The notes under the pieces: generated by a model | The model's database searches: none | The model's input: only the letters and a program-made list of their open reading frames with translations | Told to the model about the DNA's origin: nothing | NCBI GenBank assembly: GCA_963765765.1 | Contig: CAVXYC010000002.1 | Span: 120,257-184,256, forward strand | Direction: 5' to 3' | Source of the DNA: an uncultured Chloroflexia bacterium | GTDB lineage: Bacteria > Chloroflexota > UBA6077 > JACCZL01 | DNA length: 64,000 bases | Translations under genes and position numbers: made by a program | In this document: positions 1-8,429 of the stretch, piece after piece | Position numbering within the stretch: the stretch's first letter is position 1 | How the letters are laid out: each line of letters starts with the position of its first letter

Positions 1-1931
1 GGGGCGGGAATCGCTACTGGTGTCAAAAAGACATAACACTGAATCCACTCAAACTCCCAGCCGTAGTTGCCCGTACCCAGCTCGGACCAATTTGTGGTGT
101 AGAAATGATCGCCAATATCAGCGTTCCAGTATCGGTACAGCGGCACTGCGCCAGCCAGTGGAGCGGGCAGCACGTAGCACTGGATCTTTTCGAAGTCCCA
201 CCCCCACGCTCCGTTGCCCAGCTCGTTCCAGTCCGTGGTGTAGAAGTGATCGCCCCATGGATAGCTCACGTATCGATAGAGCGGCACGGTTCCGGGGCGC
301 GGCGTTGCAGACGCATAGCAGGTGATGCCCTCGTAGATGTAGCCGTAATTTCCGTTGCCCAGCTCGTTCCAATCGGTCGTATAGAAATGGTCGGTAGCTC
401 CCGGACTCATGTAGCGATGCATCGGCACGGCGACAGTCGGGATATTGAGGCTCTGGATCGCCTGCTGGAGGTCTGGTCGATTGCCAATGCGCTGGGTGGC
501 CGGACGGCCGGTCGCATTCTGCTGGGCCGAGCCGGTGGTTCGCAGGAGATTTCGCGCGGCAGCCGGCGTAAGCGGTGTTTGAGCGTGGGCTCGCAGCACA
601 CCCTGGATACAGGCGAGCGACCCCACAATGATCGGCGACGCGCTGGATGTGCCGCTAAACGTGTCCGTATACCAGAGGTCCTCGTCCGGTCCGCCCTGAA
701 AGTCGCCGTAGCCACACGTTGTGACCTCGCGCCCCCAGCCCTGTGCATCGATCATCGCGCCGTAATTGGAGAAGTCGAGTCGTGACCTGTCAGGACCGTG
801 ATTCCTGCCGTGGGTCCCCGGTGGTGGTGCGCCCGCGCCTACGACAATCGCCCCGGAGTCCGCGGTGGATCGACGGAACGGATTGGACCAGCTGGCCGGA
901 AAGCCCAGACCGGGTGTGTCGTATATCGCGTCGTCCAGGTCCTCGGCACCATTGCCGGCGGCCTCAACGACCACGACGCCGCGAGCGACGGCGTACTGAA
1001 TGGCCGCGAAGTCATCGGGCCACCACTCTACGGCGATGTAGCCGCGCTGGTCCGAGCGAAGCTGAAAGTTGAAACGCGGACCTGGACGATGCAGCTCGAT
1101 CAAGATGACGTCGCCCGGATTGAGCCGGTCGGCAGCCTGTCGAATGGCCGCGGCGGAGCCCAGCGCGCCGAAGATGGAGATGGCTCGCACGTGGGCTTCC
1201 GGCGCGATTCCCGTGATGCCCAGACCGTTATCGTCTCCTCCGATCTCGCCAATCACCGCGGTCCCGTGGTTGCGCCACACGATGTCTGTTGACTGAGTGC
1301 CGCCCACTACGCCTCCCTGGTTCTGGAGGAGATCCTCATGGGAAAAGCGCCAGGCGCCCTCGATATCAATGACGCCCACATTGGCCCCACGACCACCAGG
1401 ATGGGTCCAGGCGTGGAGCGCATCGACTCCGCCGGGGGCGGCCTGAAGATAGATCTGCCGCGAAGTAAGATCAGCCGTGGCCGGAGGCGGCGGCTCCGGC
1501 GATGGCAACATGTCATTGATTTGGGGCGGCGCAGCCGGCGGCTTTACGTAGGCTGCTTCAACCGTGTCGAGCGCGCGCAAGCGCTCGGCGAGCGTCTCGA
1601 GCTGATCGTCCGCGGCCTGCACACGATAAAACGCCGAAAGGTGCGGAGTACTTGTTCCGAGCGACTCAAGGGCTGGCGCTCCGGGACGGGGCCGCCCTTC
1701 AGTCAAGCCAAAGAGTTTCTGAAGGGTGGCGCCATATTCCTGAAGTACCGCGTTGAGGGGCGCAGCTTCTTCGGGTGTCTCTGTGGGTCCGACGCCGAGT
1801 GATTCCAGCGGTCCGTCTTGCTGAGCGGCGATGACCACCAGCTCGCGCTCCGAATGCCCGCCTCCCACGCTGGACTGCTCAGTATGAGTGTTGTTCGCTC
1901 GTCGACCTCTTGGCGATCGTCGCTCTGCCAT
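1..1931 (-). CDS. S8 family (subtilisin-like) serine peptidase with N-terminal prodomain and C-terminal HFYT (DUF5648-like) repeats; 3' end runs off the window
   Basis: Absent from the ORF track because it is open to the window edge. Manual translation from ATG 1931 (GGAGG upstream) gives VIDIEGAW (Asp), NHGTAVIG (His), AAGNG (oxyanion Asn), FSGTSSASP (Ser), then 3x DHFYTT(D/N)W(N/S)ELG. Confidence 0.93.
   Translation of the reverse strand, partial: MAERRSPRGRRANNTHTEQSSVGGGHSERELVVIAAQQDGPLESLGVGPTETPEEAAPLNAVLQEYGATLQKLFGLTEGRPRPGAPALESLGTSTPHLSAFYRVQAADDQLETLAERLRALDTVEAAYVKPPAAPPQINDMLPSPEPPPPATADLTSRQIYLQAAPGGVDALHAWTHPGGRGANVGVIDIEGAWRFSHEDLLQNQGGVVGGTQSTDIVWRNHGTAVIGEIGGDDNGLGITGIAPEAHVRAISIFGALGSAAAIRQAADRLNPGDVILIELHRPGPRFNFQLRSDQRGYIAVEWWPDDFAAIQYAVARGVVVVEAAGNGAEDLDDAIYDTPGLGFPASWSNPFRRSTADSGAIVVGAGAPPPGTHGRNHGPDRSRLDFSNYGAMIDAQGWGREVTTCGYGDFQGGPDEDLWYTDTFSGTSSASPIIVGSLACIQGVLRAHAQTPLTPAAARNLLRTTGSAQQNATGRPATQRIGNRPDLQQAIQSLNIPTVAVPMHRYMSPGATDHFYTTDWNELGNGNYGYIYEGITCYASATPRPGTVPLYRYVSYPWGDHFYTTDWNELGNGAWGWDFEKIQCYVLPAPLAGAVPLYRYWNADIGDHFYTTNWSELGTGNYGWEFEWIQCYVFLTPVAIPA
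20..425 (-). repeat. Three tandem ~48-aa coding repeats (PxxRY...DHFYTTxWxELGxGxxGxxxExIxCY) in the S8 C-terminus
   Basis: Recurring DNA 'ccagctcg..cca' and 'tagaa(a/g)tg' units; translated repeats align. Confidence 0.85.
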
Positions 1932-1967
1932 GGCTCCGCCTACCTCCTGTTGGTTCTTCGGGGGATC

Positions 1968-2243
1968 TCACGGCAATGCCTCGGGTGGCTTCATGTATGC
2001 CGCGTCCACGGCCTCGCATGCGTTCAGTCGTTCGATCACGCGCTGGGCCGTGCTGTCATCCGGGACGTCCACGGTGAAGTATCTGGATAGCTCAGCATCA
2101 GCGACGCCAGGGTGCATGGCCTTCAGCGCCACGCCAAGCTCGTCCGCGGTGCGCAAGACATCGCGGGCGGCGTCATTGGGTGGCGACTGCTGCTGAAGCG
2201 ACGGCGCCGTGTCTGCTTGGACAAGAACGGTTATGCGCGCCAC
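1968..2243 (-). CDS. Small stand-alone protein homologous to the S8 prodomain (I9-like propeptide/inhibitor)
   Basis: C-terminus LSRYFTVDVPDD..IERLNACEAVDAAYMKPP aligns with the downstream protease prodomain LSAFYRVQAADD..AERLRALDTVEAAYVKPP; GGAG RBS. Confidence 0.75.
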   Translation of the reverse strand: MARITVLVQADTAPSLQQQSPPNDAARDVLRTADELGVALKAMHPGVADAELSRYFTVDVPDDSTAQRVIERLNACEAVDAAYMKPPEALP

Positions 2244-2361
2244 GGTGCCGGCTCTCCGTGCGTGATTGGAATTCCCGAATTCGACGACAGGAGGCTATCG
2301 AGGAGCACCATGGCTGTCAAGAATCAGTTGGGGCTCCTGAACGCATACTGGAGAAGTGTCC

Positions 2362-2459
2362 TGGAGTGCGGCGTGCGGAGCGCCGCTTTGGATGGCCGTG
2401 ACATCGTTGACACAAGTTGTGGGGAAAAGTGAAGGCGGCGCTCCGCACGCCGCACTTCA
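2362..2459. repeat. REP-like inverted repeat pair (TGGAGTGCGGCG.. type)
   Basis: gagtgcggcgtgcggagcgccgcttt ... aaggcggcgctccgcacgccgcactt. Confidence 0.75.
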
Positions 2460-2481
2460 ATGCGCTTCGCACGGTGACCTG

Positions 2482-2730
2482 CTATTTCACGTATTCGTCT
2501 TGGCTTACCGGTGCGTCAGGTAGCTCTCGATCTAGCGACTCTCGGTATTTCAAGCAGCCTCGGAGAAATTGAGGCCACGGAGGCACCGCAATGTTGTCGG
2601 GCATGGGCTCGGGCAGCAATCCCCAGAGCTGTGGATGGTGCCAGCAGAGTTGCTGGCCGCTGCTGTCGCGATGCTCTCGAATGCCTGCCCGGAGCCGTCG
2701 CGCCTCTGAAATGAGCTGATCGCGCGACAT
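2482..2730 (-). CDS. Small hypothetical protein (HRD..LCWHHP.LWGLLPE motif)
   Basis: 82-aa ORF with protein-like composition; true start may lie a few codons upstream (LDEDLKG). Confidence 0.7.
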   Translation of the reverse strand: MSRDQLISEARRLRAGIREHRDSSGQQLCWHHPQLWGLLPEPMPDNIAVPPWPQFLRGCLKYRESLDRELPDAPVSQDEYVK

Positions 2731-2990
2731 GCCTTTGAGATCCTCGTCGAGGCTCCCATCGGCTGTCCGAGCTGGATGTCGTCGGGTGTAGTCGAGATTC
2801 CGCGGAGCGATCGTTGTCCGAGCTCATGAACAACTGGAAGCACAATGCTTGCCATTTACCGAAGATCGGCAGACGATGGGCGCTGTTCTGCAGGGACGAG
2901 CGCCGAATCGCATCGAGTCTCGTAGTGCAGGCAGCTCGCCATCACATGCGACTTCTCGATCTGCCCCGTTACGGCACGGTATTGACGACA

Positions 2991-3578
2991 CTACGATCTC
3001 TCGACGGATTTGGCGCGGAGATGCGCTCGCTCGCCCTGCCGGCCAAAGAGACTGAGAACTTCGACTGGTTGCGTGTCAGCGCTGCAGAACCCGTGCGGGA
3101 CTCGCGTATCGAACTCCGCCGCCTCACCCGGTGCGATCACGAGATCGTGATCTCCAAGCACAAGGCGGAGCTGGCCACTCAGGACGAAGAGCCATTCATA
3201 TCCCTCGTGCGTCTTTCGGTCCGGCGCGCGTGGCGGGCGAGCTCCCGGAATGATGAGCTTGTAGGCCTGTACTCCCCCGGATCGACGAGTAAGCGGCACC
3301 ATGGTCATCCCATTACGGACGATGGGCCGCGGATTGACGCGTGGGTCGCTAGTGGGCGGTGCGCCAACGAGCTCGTCGATTTGAACGCCGTGAGCCTGGG
3401 CCAATGGCAGAAGTAGCTCCAGGGTGGGGCGTCGCTGTCCGGATTCCAGGCGTGAAAGCGTGCTGACCGAAATGCCCGTGGCCGCGGAGAGATCCATGAG
3501 CGTGGTCTCGCGCTCTTGACGTAATGCCCGCAGCCGCGAGCCAACGGCGTCCAATACCGTCTCGATATCGTCATTCAT
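2991..3578 (-). CDS. XRE-family HTH regulator with C-terminal cupin domain
   Basis: LRALRQERETTLMDLSAATGISVSTLSRLESG HTH; HEGYEWLFVLSG...AEFDTRVPH cupin. Confidence 0.92.
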   Translation of the reverse strand: MNDDIETVLDAVGSRLRALRQERETTLMDLSAATGISVSTLSRLESGQRRPTLELLLPLAQAHGVQIDELVGAPPTSDPRVNPRPIVRNGMTMVPLTRRSGGVQAYKLIIPGARPPRAPDRKTHEGYEWLFVLSGQLRLVLGDHDLVIAPGEAAEFDTRVPHGFCSADTQPVEVLSLFGRQGERAHLRAKSVERS

Positions 3579-3583
3579 GCCAA

Positions 3584-3606
3584 TATTTTGCCATATTGGC
3601 AAAATA
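3584..3606. promoter_or_regulatory. Perfect inverted repeat TATTTTGCCA-tat-TGGCAAAATA, probable XRE operator between divergent genes
   Basis: 10-bp perfect arms, AT-rich, 5 nt from the regulator start codon. Confidence 0.65.
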
Positions 3607-3653
3607 ACTTGCAGTTGCGGTCACTTCGAAGGATCATGTCAGTGGAGGTCATC

Positions 3654-4634
3654 ATGACCCAGAAGCTGACAGAGACCTTTTCAAACTCGTATGACGTGGC
3701 GGTAGTTGGTGGCGGCGCCGCCGGGTTGAGCGGCGCACTGGTCCTGGCCCGAGCGCGCCGCTCCGTAATCGTGATCGACGGCGCTTCGCCGCGAAACGCA
3801 CGCGCCGACGGCGTGCACGGATTCCTTACTCGCGACGGTATGAGTCCGTCGGATCTCGTCCAAACCGGGCACAAGGAAGTTGCGCGCTACGGCGGTCACC
3901 TCATCAATGCCCATGCCGACTCCGCCCGCCGCACAGCAGAGGGGTTTGAGGTGACCCTCGACGATGGCAGACGCCTCACCGCCAGACGCCTGTTGGTGAC
4001 CACCGGCCTGGTCGACGAGCTACCGGATGTGCCAGGAGTACGGGAGCAGTGGGGGCGGGATGTGCTGCACTGCCCGTACTGCCACGGTTGGGAGTTCCGC
4101 GATCGCGCGGTGGGGATTCTCGGCACCAGCGCCATGGCTATCCACCAGGCGCTACTGTTCCGGCAATGGACATCCGACCTCGTATTCTTCGCCCACACCG
4201 CGCCTGAGCTCACTCCTGATCAGGCCGAGGAGCTCGCCGCACTCGGCATTCAGGTCGTTTCTGGCTTGGTCGAGTCGCTCGAGGTGGTCGATGGACGTCT
4301 GAGCGGCGTGCGCTTGCAGGATGGCACAATAGTCGCCCGCCAGGCACTTGTCGTGTCACCGCGGTTTGTTGCTCAATCGCAGGTTCTGACTTCTCTCGGA
4401 ATTGAGCCGACTGATCACCCGATGGGCATCGGAGCATTCATTGCCGCGGATGCCTCGGGCCTGACCGCTGTCCCGGGCGTATGGGTGGCTGGCAACGTCA
4501 CCGACCTCAAGGCTCAAGTCGTCACTTCCGCGTCTGGCGGAGTCGTCGCAGCCGCTGCCATCAATGCCGACCTTGTTGCCGAAGATACTCAGCGCGCCGT
4601 CACCGCGTATCGGAGCCAGTATGTCGCAGCATGA
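3654..4634 (+). CDS. NAD(P)/FAD-dependent oxidoreductase, thioredoxin-reductase-like
   Basis: VVGGGAAGLSG FAD motif, HCPYCHG redox motif, VPGVWVAGN. Confidence 0.92.
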   Translation: MTQKLTETFSNSYDVAVVGGGAAGLSGALVLARARRSVIVIDGASPRNARADGVHGFLTRDGMSPSDLVQTGHKEVARYGGHLINAHADSARRTAEGFEVTLDDGRRLTARRLLVTTGLVDELPDVPGVREQWGRDVLHCPYCHGWEFRDRAVGILGTSAMAIHQALLFRQWTSDLVFFAHTAPELTPDQAEELAALGIQVVSGLVESLEVVDGRLSGVRLQDGTIVARQALVVSPRFVAQSQVLTSLGIEPTDHPMGIGAFIAADASGLTAVPGVWVAGNVTDLKAQVVTSASGGVVAAAAINADLVAEDTQRAVTAYRSQYVAA

Positions 4635-5298
4635 GCATCACAACGAACAGCATAGCGACACCGATCCCAGCGCCTTCTTTACGCAGGAATTCTGGGATGA
4701 GCGCTATAGCTCCGCGCCCATGATCTGGAGCGGGAATCCGAACATTCGCCTCGTTGAGCAAGCGTCGGGCCTTACTCCTGGAGCTGCGCTGGACGTTGGG
4801 AGTGGCGAAGGGGCCGACGCCATCTGGCTGGCCTCTCTAGGCTGGCGCGTCACCGGAGTCGATGTGTCGACCGTGGCGCTGGAGCGATCCGCGATGCGGG
4901 CTGCCGAGGCCGGTGCGGAGACTGCAGGGCGTATTACATGGAAGCAGGCAGACATTCTGACGTGGGAACCGACTCCGAAGCAGTTTGACCTGGTGTCCGC
5001 GCAGTTCATGCAGCTGCCGGGCCCAGAGCGTGAGTCGCTGCATCGCCGACTTGCCGCCGCCGTTCGCCCGGGCGGATCGCTGCTCGTTGTGGGTCACCAT
5101 CCTTCGGACATGGAGACTTCCGTGCGGCGGCCCAAGGTTCGCGATCTGTTTTTCACAGCCGAGCAGATTGCGGAAATCCTGAATCCAGCCGAGTGGGAAA
5201 TCATCACCGCTGGAGCGCCAGCCCGCGAGACCACGGACCCCGAAGGACGAACGGTGACGATCCACGATACGGTGTTCCACGCGATGCGTCGGCGATGA
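4621..5298 (+). CDS. Class I SAM-dependent methyltransferase
   Basis: FWDERY, ALDVGSGEGADA motif I, FDLV; overlaps the upstream gene. Confidence 0.92.
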   Translation: MSQHEHHNEQHSDTDPSAFFTQEFWDERYSSAPMIWSGNPNIRLVEQASGLTPGAALDVGSGEGADAIWLASLGWRVTGVDVSTVALERSAMRAAEAGAETAGRITWKQADILTWEPTPKQFDLVSAQFMQLPGPERESLHRRLAAAVRPGGSLLVVGHHPSDMETSVRRPKVRDLFFTAEQIAEILNPAEWEIITAGAPARETTDPEGRTVTIHDTVFHAMRRR

Positions 5299-5355
5299 TC
5301 GCTCACCTCTCAGGGGACACACCGTCCGCCCGGTTCGTTCGCCCTTCCGTCCGCC

Positions 5356-5477
5356 TGTCATGCCGAGGCACGAGGGATGACAGGCGGACATCGGTAGCCA
5401 TTGATGCTGAGTCGCCCACCGCTTCGAGCACGGAGCTCTCCTGACCTCCGGGAGATCCCTCGTGCCCCGGCATGACA
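5356..5477. repeat. REP-like inverted pair (TGTCAT..GAGG / ..ATGACA family), copy 1
   Basis: tgtcatgccgaggcacgaggga ... tccctcgtgccccggcatgaca. Confidence 0.75.
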
Positions 5478-5538
5478 CTGCGCCTCGATAGCCGCCGCTG
5501 TTCATGGCGTGTTGGTGCGCTCGAGCGCATGGCGTATC

Positions 5539-6160
5539 TCAGGACGAGGACAGCAGGTGCGCGAGAAACGCTCGACGGACCTCTGACGCGCCTCGCAAGC
5601 TGGGCTCGATGATGTTTGTGTACCAGGAAGGGATCGCCGGTCAGGAAGTGCGCGTGCAAGTCCACCAGGCTGCCGTAACGGCTCGCTAGCTGCGCGATCT
5701 TGTCGTTCATGTTCCGATGGTTTGTTCGGGCCAAGGCCGGGTCTACGCCGAGGAAGTTGTTGCGATCGTCTCCGAATGTCGGGTCATAGACATTGCCAAT
5801 CAGGACGGGGCGGATTGGCAGTGCTCGCAACCAGTCATCAAACGCTCGAGTGAACGCCTCGATGCCAGGTCCATTGTCTGAAATGAGTCCACCGAGGAGG
5901 TCGTTGCCGCCGACGGTTACAAGGGCCACGGCCTGATCATCAATCCCCAAGCCCTCCACTTGCCAGGCGAGGCCACGAACGGTGGCTCCGTCGCGCGCTC
6001 GATGCTCGAGCCGTGCGGGGCCGCGCGAGCTCAGATCCTGGCCCCTGAACTCGGGGAAACGCTCATCGTCATTCTGGACGATAAGCTGCCCTGGGTTGAG
6101 CCCAAAGCTGTTGTATCGCCCACAATCAAGAATGGAATCTCCAAACGTGATGAGCAACAT
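5539..6160 (-). CDS. SGNH/GDSL hydrolase (frameshift near 5628); possible in-frame Tat/lipoprotein leader extending to 6286
   Basis: FGDS block I, GGND block III; after the shift it reads GDPSWYTNIIEPSLRGASEVRRAFL*. Confidence 0.82.
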
Positions 6161-6321
6161 GGTTTCCGCCTCCCGGAATCGGCGCTGAGGATTGCACGCA
6201 ACCGCGCCGAGAGCCAGCGCTCCCATGAGTAGTCGCCGTCGTGTAAGCGTGCCTCGTGTCACTACGTCGCGAGCGTGAGCCTGCACGATGCGGGCCGCGT
6301 GCTCGCCGCGACCTACGGAGC

Positions 6322-7158
6322 CTATATTGGCAAGAACCAGTCGAGCGCCTCGCGGGCGATGTCTGGCGGAACCGTGTGCGGGCCGTCGAACTCGTGATAG
6401 GTCACATCGTAGCCAGCTTGTTTGAGCATTGGGACAATGCGTCGACTGCAGGCATCTATCGGCAGCACGCTATCCTTCGTCCCGTGCGAGACATACAGGC
6501 GCGGTGAGCCCCGTTGGGCCGCTGGCGAAGCAAAGCCTGGCGAGAACGCAAGGACATGATTAAAGAGGTCGCCGTTCGTCAGACCGATGGAGAGCGCATA
6601 CGATGCACCGTCGGAGAAGCCGCCGACTGCCAGGCGGTTCGGGTCGATGGCGTACTGTTCGAATGCTCTGGTCAACGCCTGGTCAATGAAGTCGATATCG
6701 GGGCCGTAATTTCTGACGATCATGTCCCACGTTCTCCCGCGCGACGCGGGCGAGAGCAAGATCAAGCCGGTTTCGTCGGCAAAGGTCTGGAGCGGGTAGA
6801 GGCCTCCTTGCTCGTTACCACCGGCCCCGTGCAGGCTCAAGACCAGCGGGGCCGGACGGTCAGGCTGGTACCCGGCCGGGACATAGATGAGAGCATCGCG
6901 CCCATCCGCCAGCCCAAGCGGGTGGAGTCCGATGGGTCCCTCTCTGATCGGCGGGGTTGGCCTGGCCCGGAGCCGCCCATCCTGCGCCGTCTCTCCGTCC
7001 GCTCTGCGCACTTGATTCCGTGCCATCTCGATACTTCCTCTTACAAGATCAGCGCACGCTGAGCTTAAAAGCGAGCCGATGCCTGCTAGGCCAATAGTGA
7101 TCAACTGGCGTCGCGTGACCCGTGCACGAACCGACGGAATGAGTCGGACCACGGACAT
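6322..7158 (-). CDS. Phospholipase/carboxylesterase (alpha/beta hydrolase), Tat/lipoprotein-like N-terminus
   Basis: LHGAGG, GFSDG nucleophile, HGTKD, FDGPH. Confidence 0.9.
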   Translation of the reverse strand: MSVVRLIPSVRARVTRRQLITIGLAGIGSLLSSACADLVRGSIEMARNQVRRADGETAQDGRLRARPTPPIREGPIGLHPLGLADGRDALIYVPAGYQPDRPAPLVLSLHGAGGNEQGGLYPLQTFADETGLILLSPASRGRTWDMIVRNYGPDIDFIDQALTRAFEQYAIDPNRLAVGGFSDGASYALSIGLTNGDLFNHVLAFSPGFASPAAQRGSPRLYVSHGTKDSVLPIDACSRRIVPMLKQAGYDVTYHEFDGPHTVPPDIAREALDWFLPI

Positions 7159-7387
7159 GGCACCAGCCTCCAGCTAGCCGAGTACGGCGTGGGGCGCGAC
7201 GGCAAGCAATGCGCATGCCACGGCTGGTTCTTGCGGGTCTCACTCGGTGTGAGACGATCGCGAATCGTGGAGTGTAAGAAGCAAGGTCTATCCAGGATGA
7301 ATGGTGGATGCTCGCCTCCCGGTGGGACGGCTGTTCTACCGGGCCGGTCCCGGCCTACACTGGTACACGGGCTGCGAGGGATGGTGC

Positions 7388-8140
7388 ATGGAGAATACGC
7401 CTCGATACGGGTCAGCTCAGGCGACGGTTCCAGGTGTCGACGAGAGTTCCGGCGCCGCATCTGAGGTGACTGATGATGCGGGTCAGGCTGCCGCGGCGCT
7501 CGTCGGAGAGCACGCTGAGCGCGTTGCCCGATCTACAAACGCCGTCAATGCCCTGATTCACCTCTATCGGGGGGAGATGGGTCGCATGACGGCGTATCGG
7601 ACACGACTCGATACGACGACCAATTGGGCCATCACGTCGTCGGCGTTGATTGGTACCTTCACGTTCGGCAATCAGCAAGTCCCTCACTCCGCGCTGCTGT
7701 TCGTGATGCTATTGAACCTGTTCTTTCTGCTCCTGGAAGCACGGCGATTCCGACACTATGAGACGAGCCGGGCGCGGGTGCAGTTGATGGAGCAAAACTT
7801 TTATCCGGAGGTACTGGAGCGGCCGGTGTCGCCTGACTGGACCGATCAGCTCCTGAGGAGTCTCTGCCCGACTGAACCTCTGGTAAGTGGCCTGACCGCG
7901 GTTGCCTGGCGGGTTCGGCGAAACTATCTCTGGATCTACTCCATCATCCTGCTCGCCTGGGTGACAAAGCTGGAGCTGGCTGGTGGACCAGATTTCGAGA
8001 TAAGCCACTTGTTAGAACAGGCTTCAATCGGCTCGCTTCCGGGCTGGTTGGTCTGGGTGGTTGTGGCCTGCTTCTACACATGGCTGGTCTTCCTGGCATT
8101 GAGCGCCGGGCGGCGGTACTCCGCCCCCGAAGACTGGTAG
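7388..8140 (+). CDS. DUF2270-family membrane protein
   Basis: HLYRGEM.R...RTRLDTTTNWA signature, EARRFR, RRNY, hydrophobic segments. Confidence 0.85.
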   Translation: MENTPRYGSAQATVPGVDESSGAASEVTDDAGQAAAALVGEHAERVARSTNAVNALIHLYRGEMGRMTAYRTRLDTTTNWAITSSALIGTFTFGNQQVPHSALLFVMLLNLFFLLLEARRFRHYETSRARVQLMEQNFYPEVLERPVSPDWTDQLLRSLCPTEPLVSGLTAVAWRVRRNYLWIYSIILLAWVTKLELAGGPDFEISHLLEQASIGSLPGWLVWVVVACFYTWLVFLALSAGRRYSAPEDW

Positions 8141-8429
8141 CTCAGCGCGCCATGACTAATGGCACGCTCCCTGCTTTCGGCTCGGCGTTGCCAAACTAAG
8201 TCCCTCTTTCCCTACGCGAACGGGATGCCAGCGGAGAGGGAGCCCCGAGCGGAATGCTTGTCTGGCCCACGTTTGCGTCCGGCGCTGTGTCAATTCGCGC
8301 AAACGCGTAGTGTCGCTCTGCAAGCCCCGTCGCCTTGGTGCCGACTGCTCTCAGTGGTGTGCAGCGCTTTGGCGGGAGGAAACACAACGTACTGGTTCGG
8401 ACAATAAAAACCTCAAAACGGAGCCCGCC

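Noticed and set aside
105-1802. Plus-strand ORFs of 154-226 aa
   Set aside because: Antisense shadows of the minus-strand S8 peptidase
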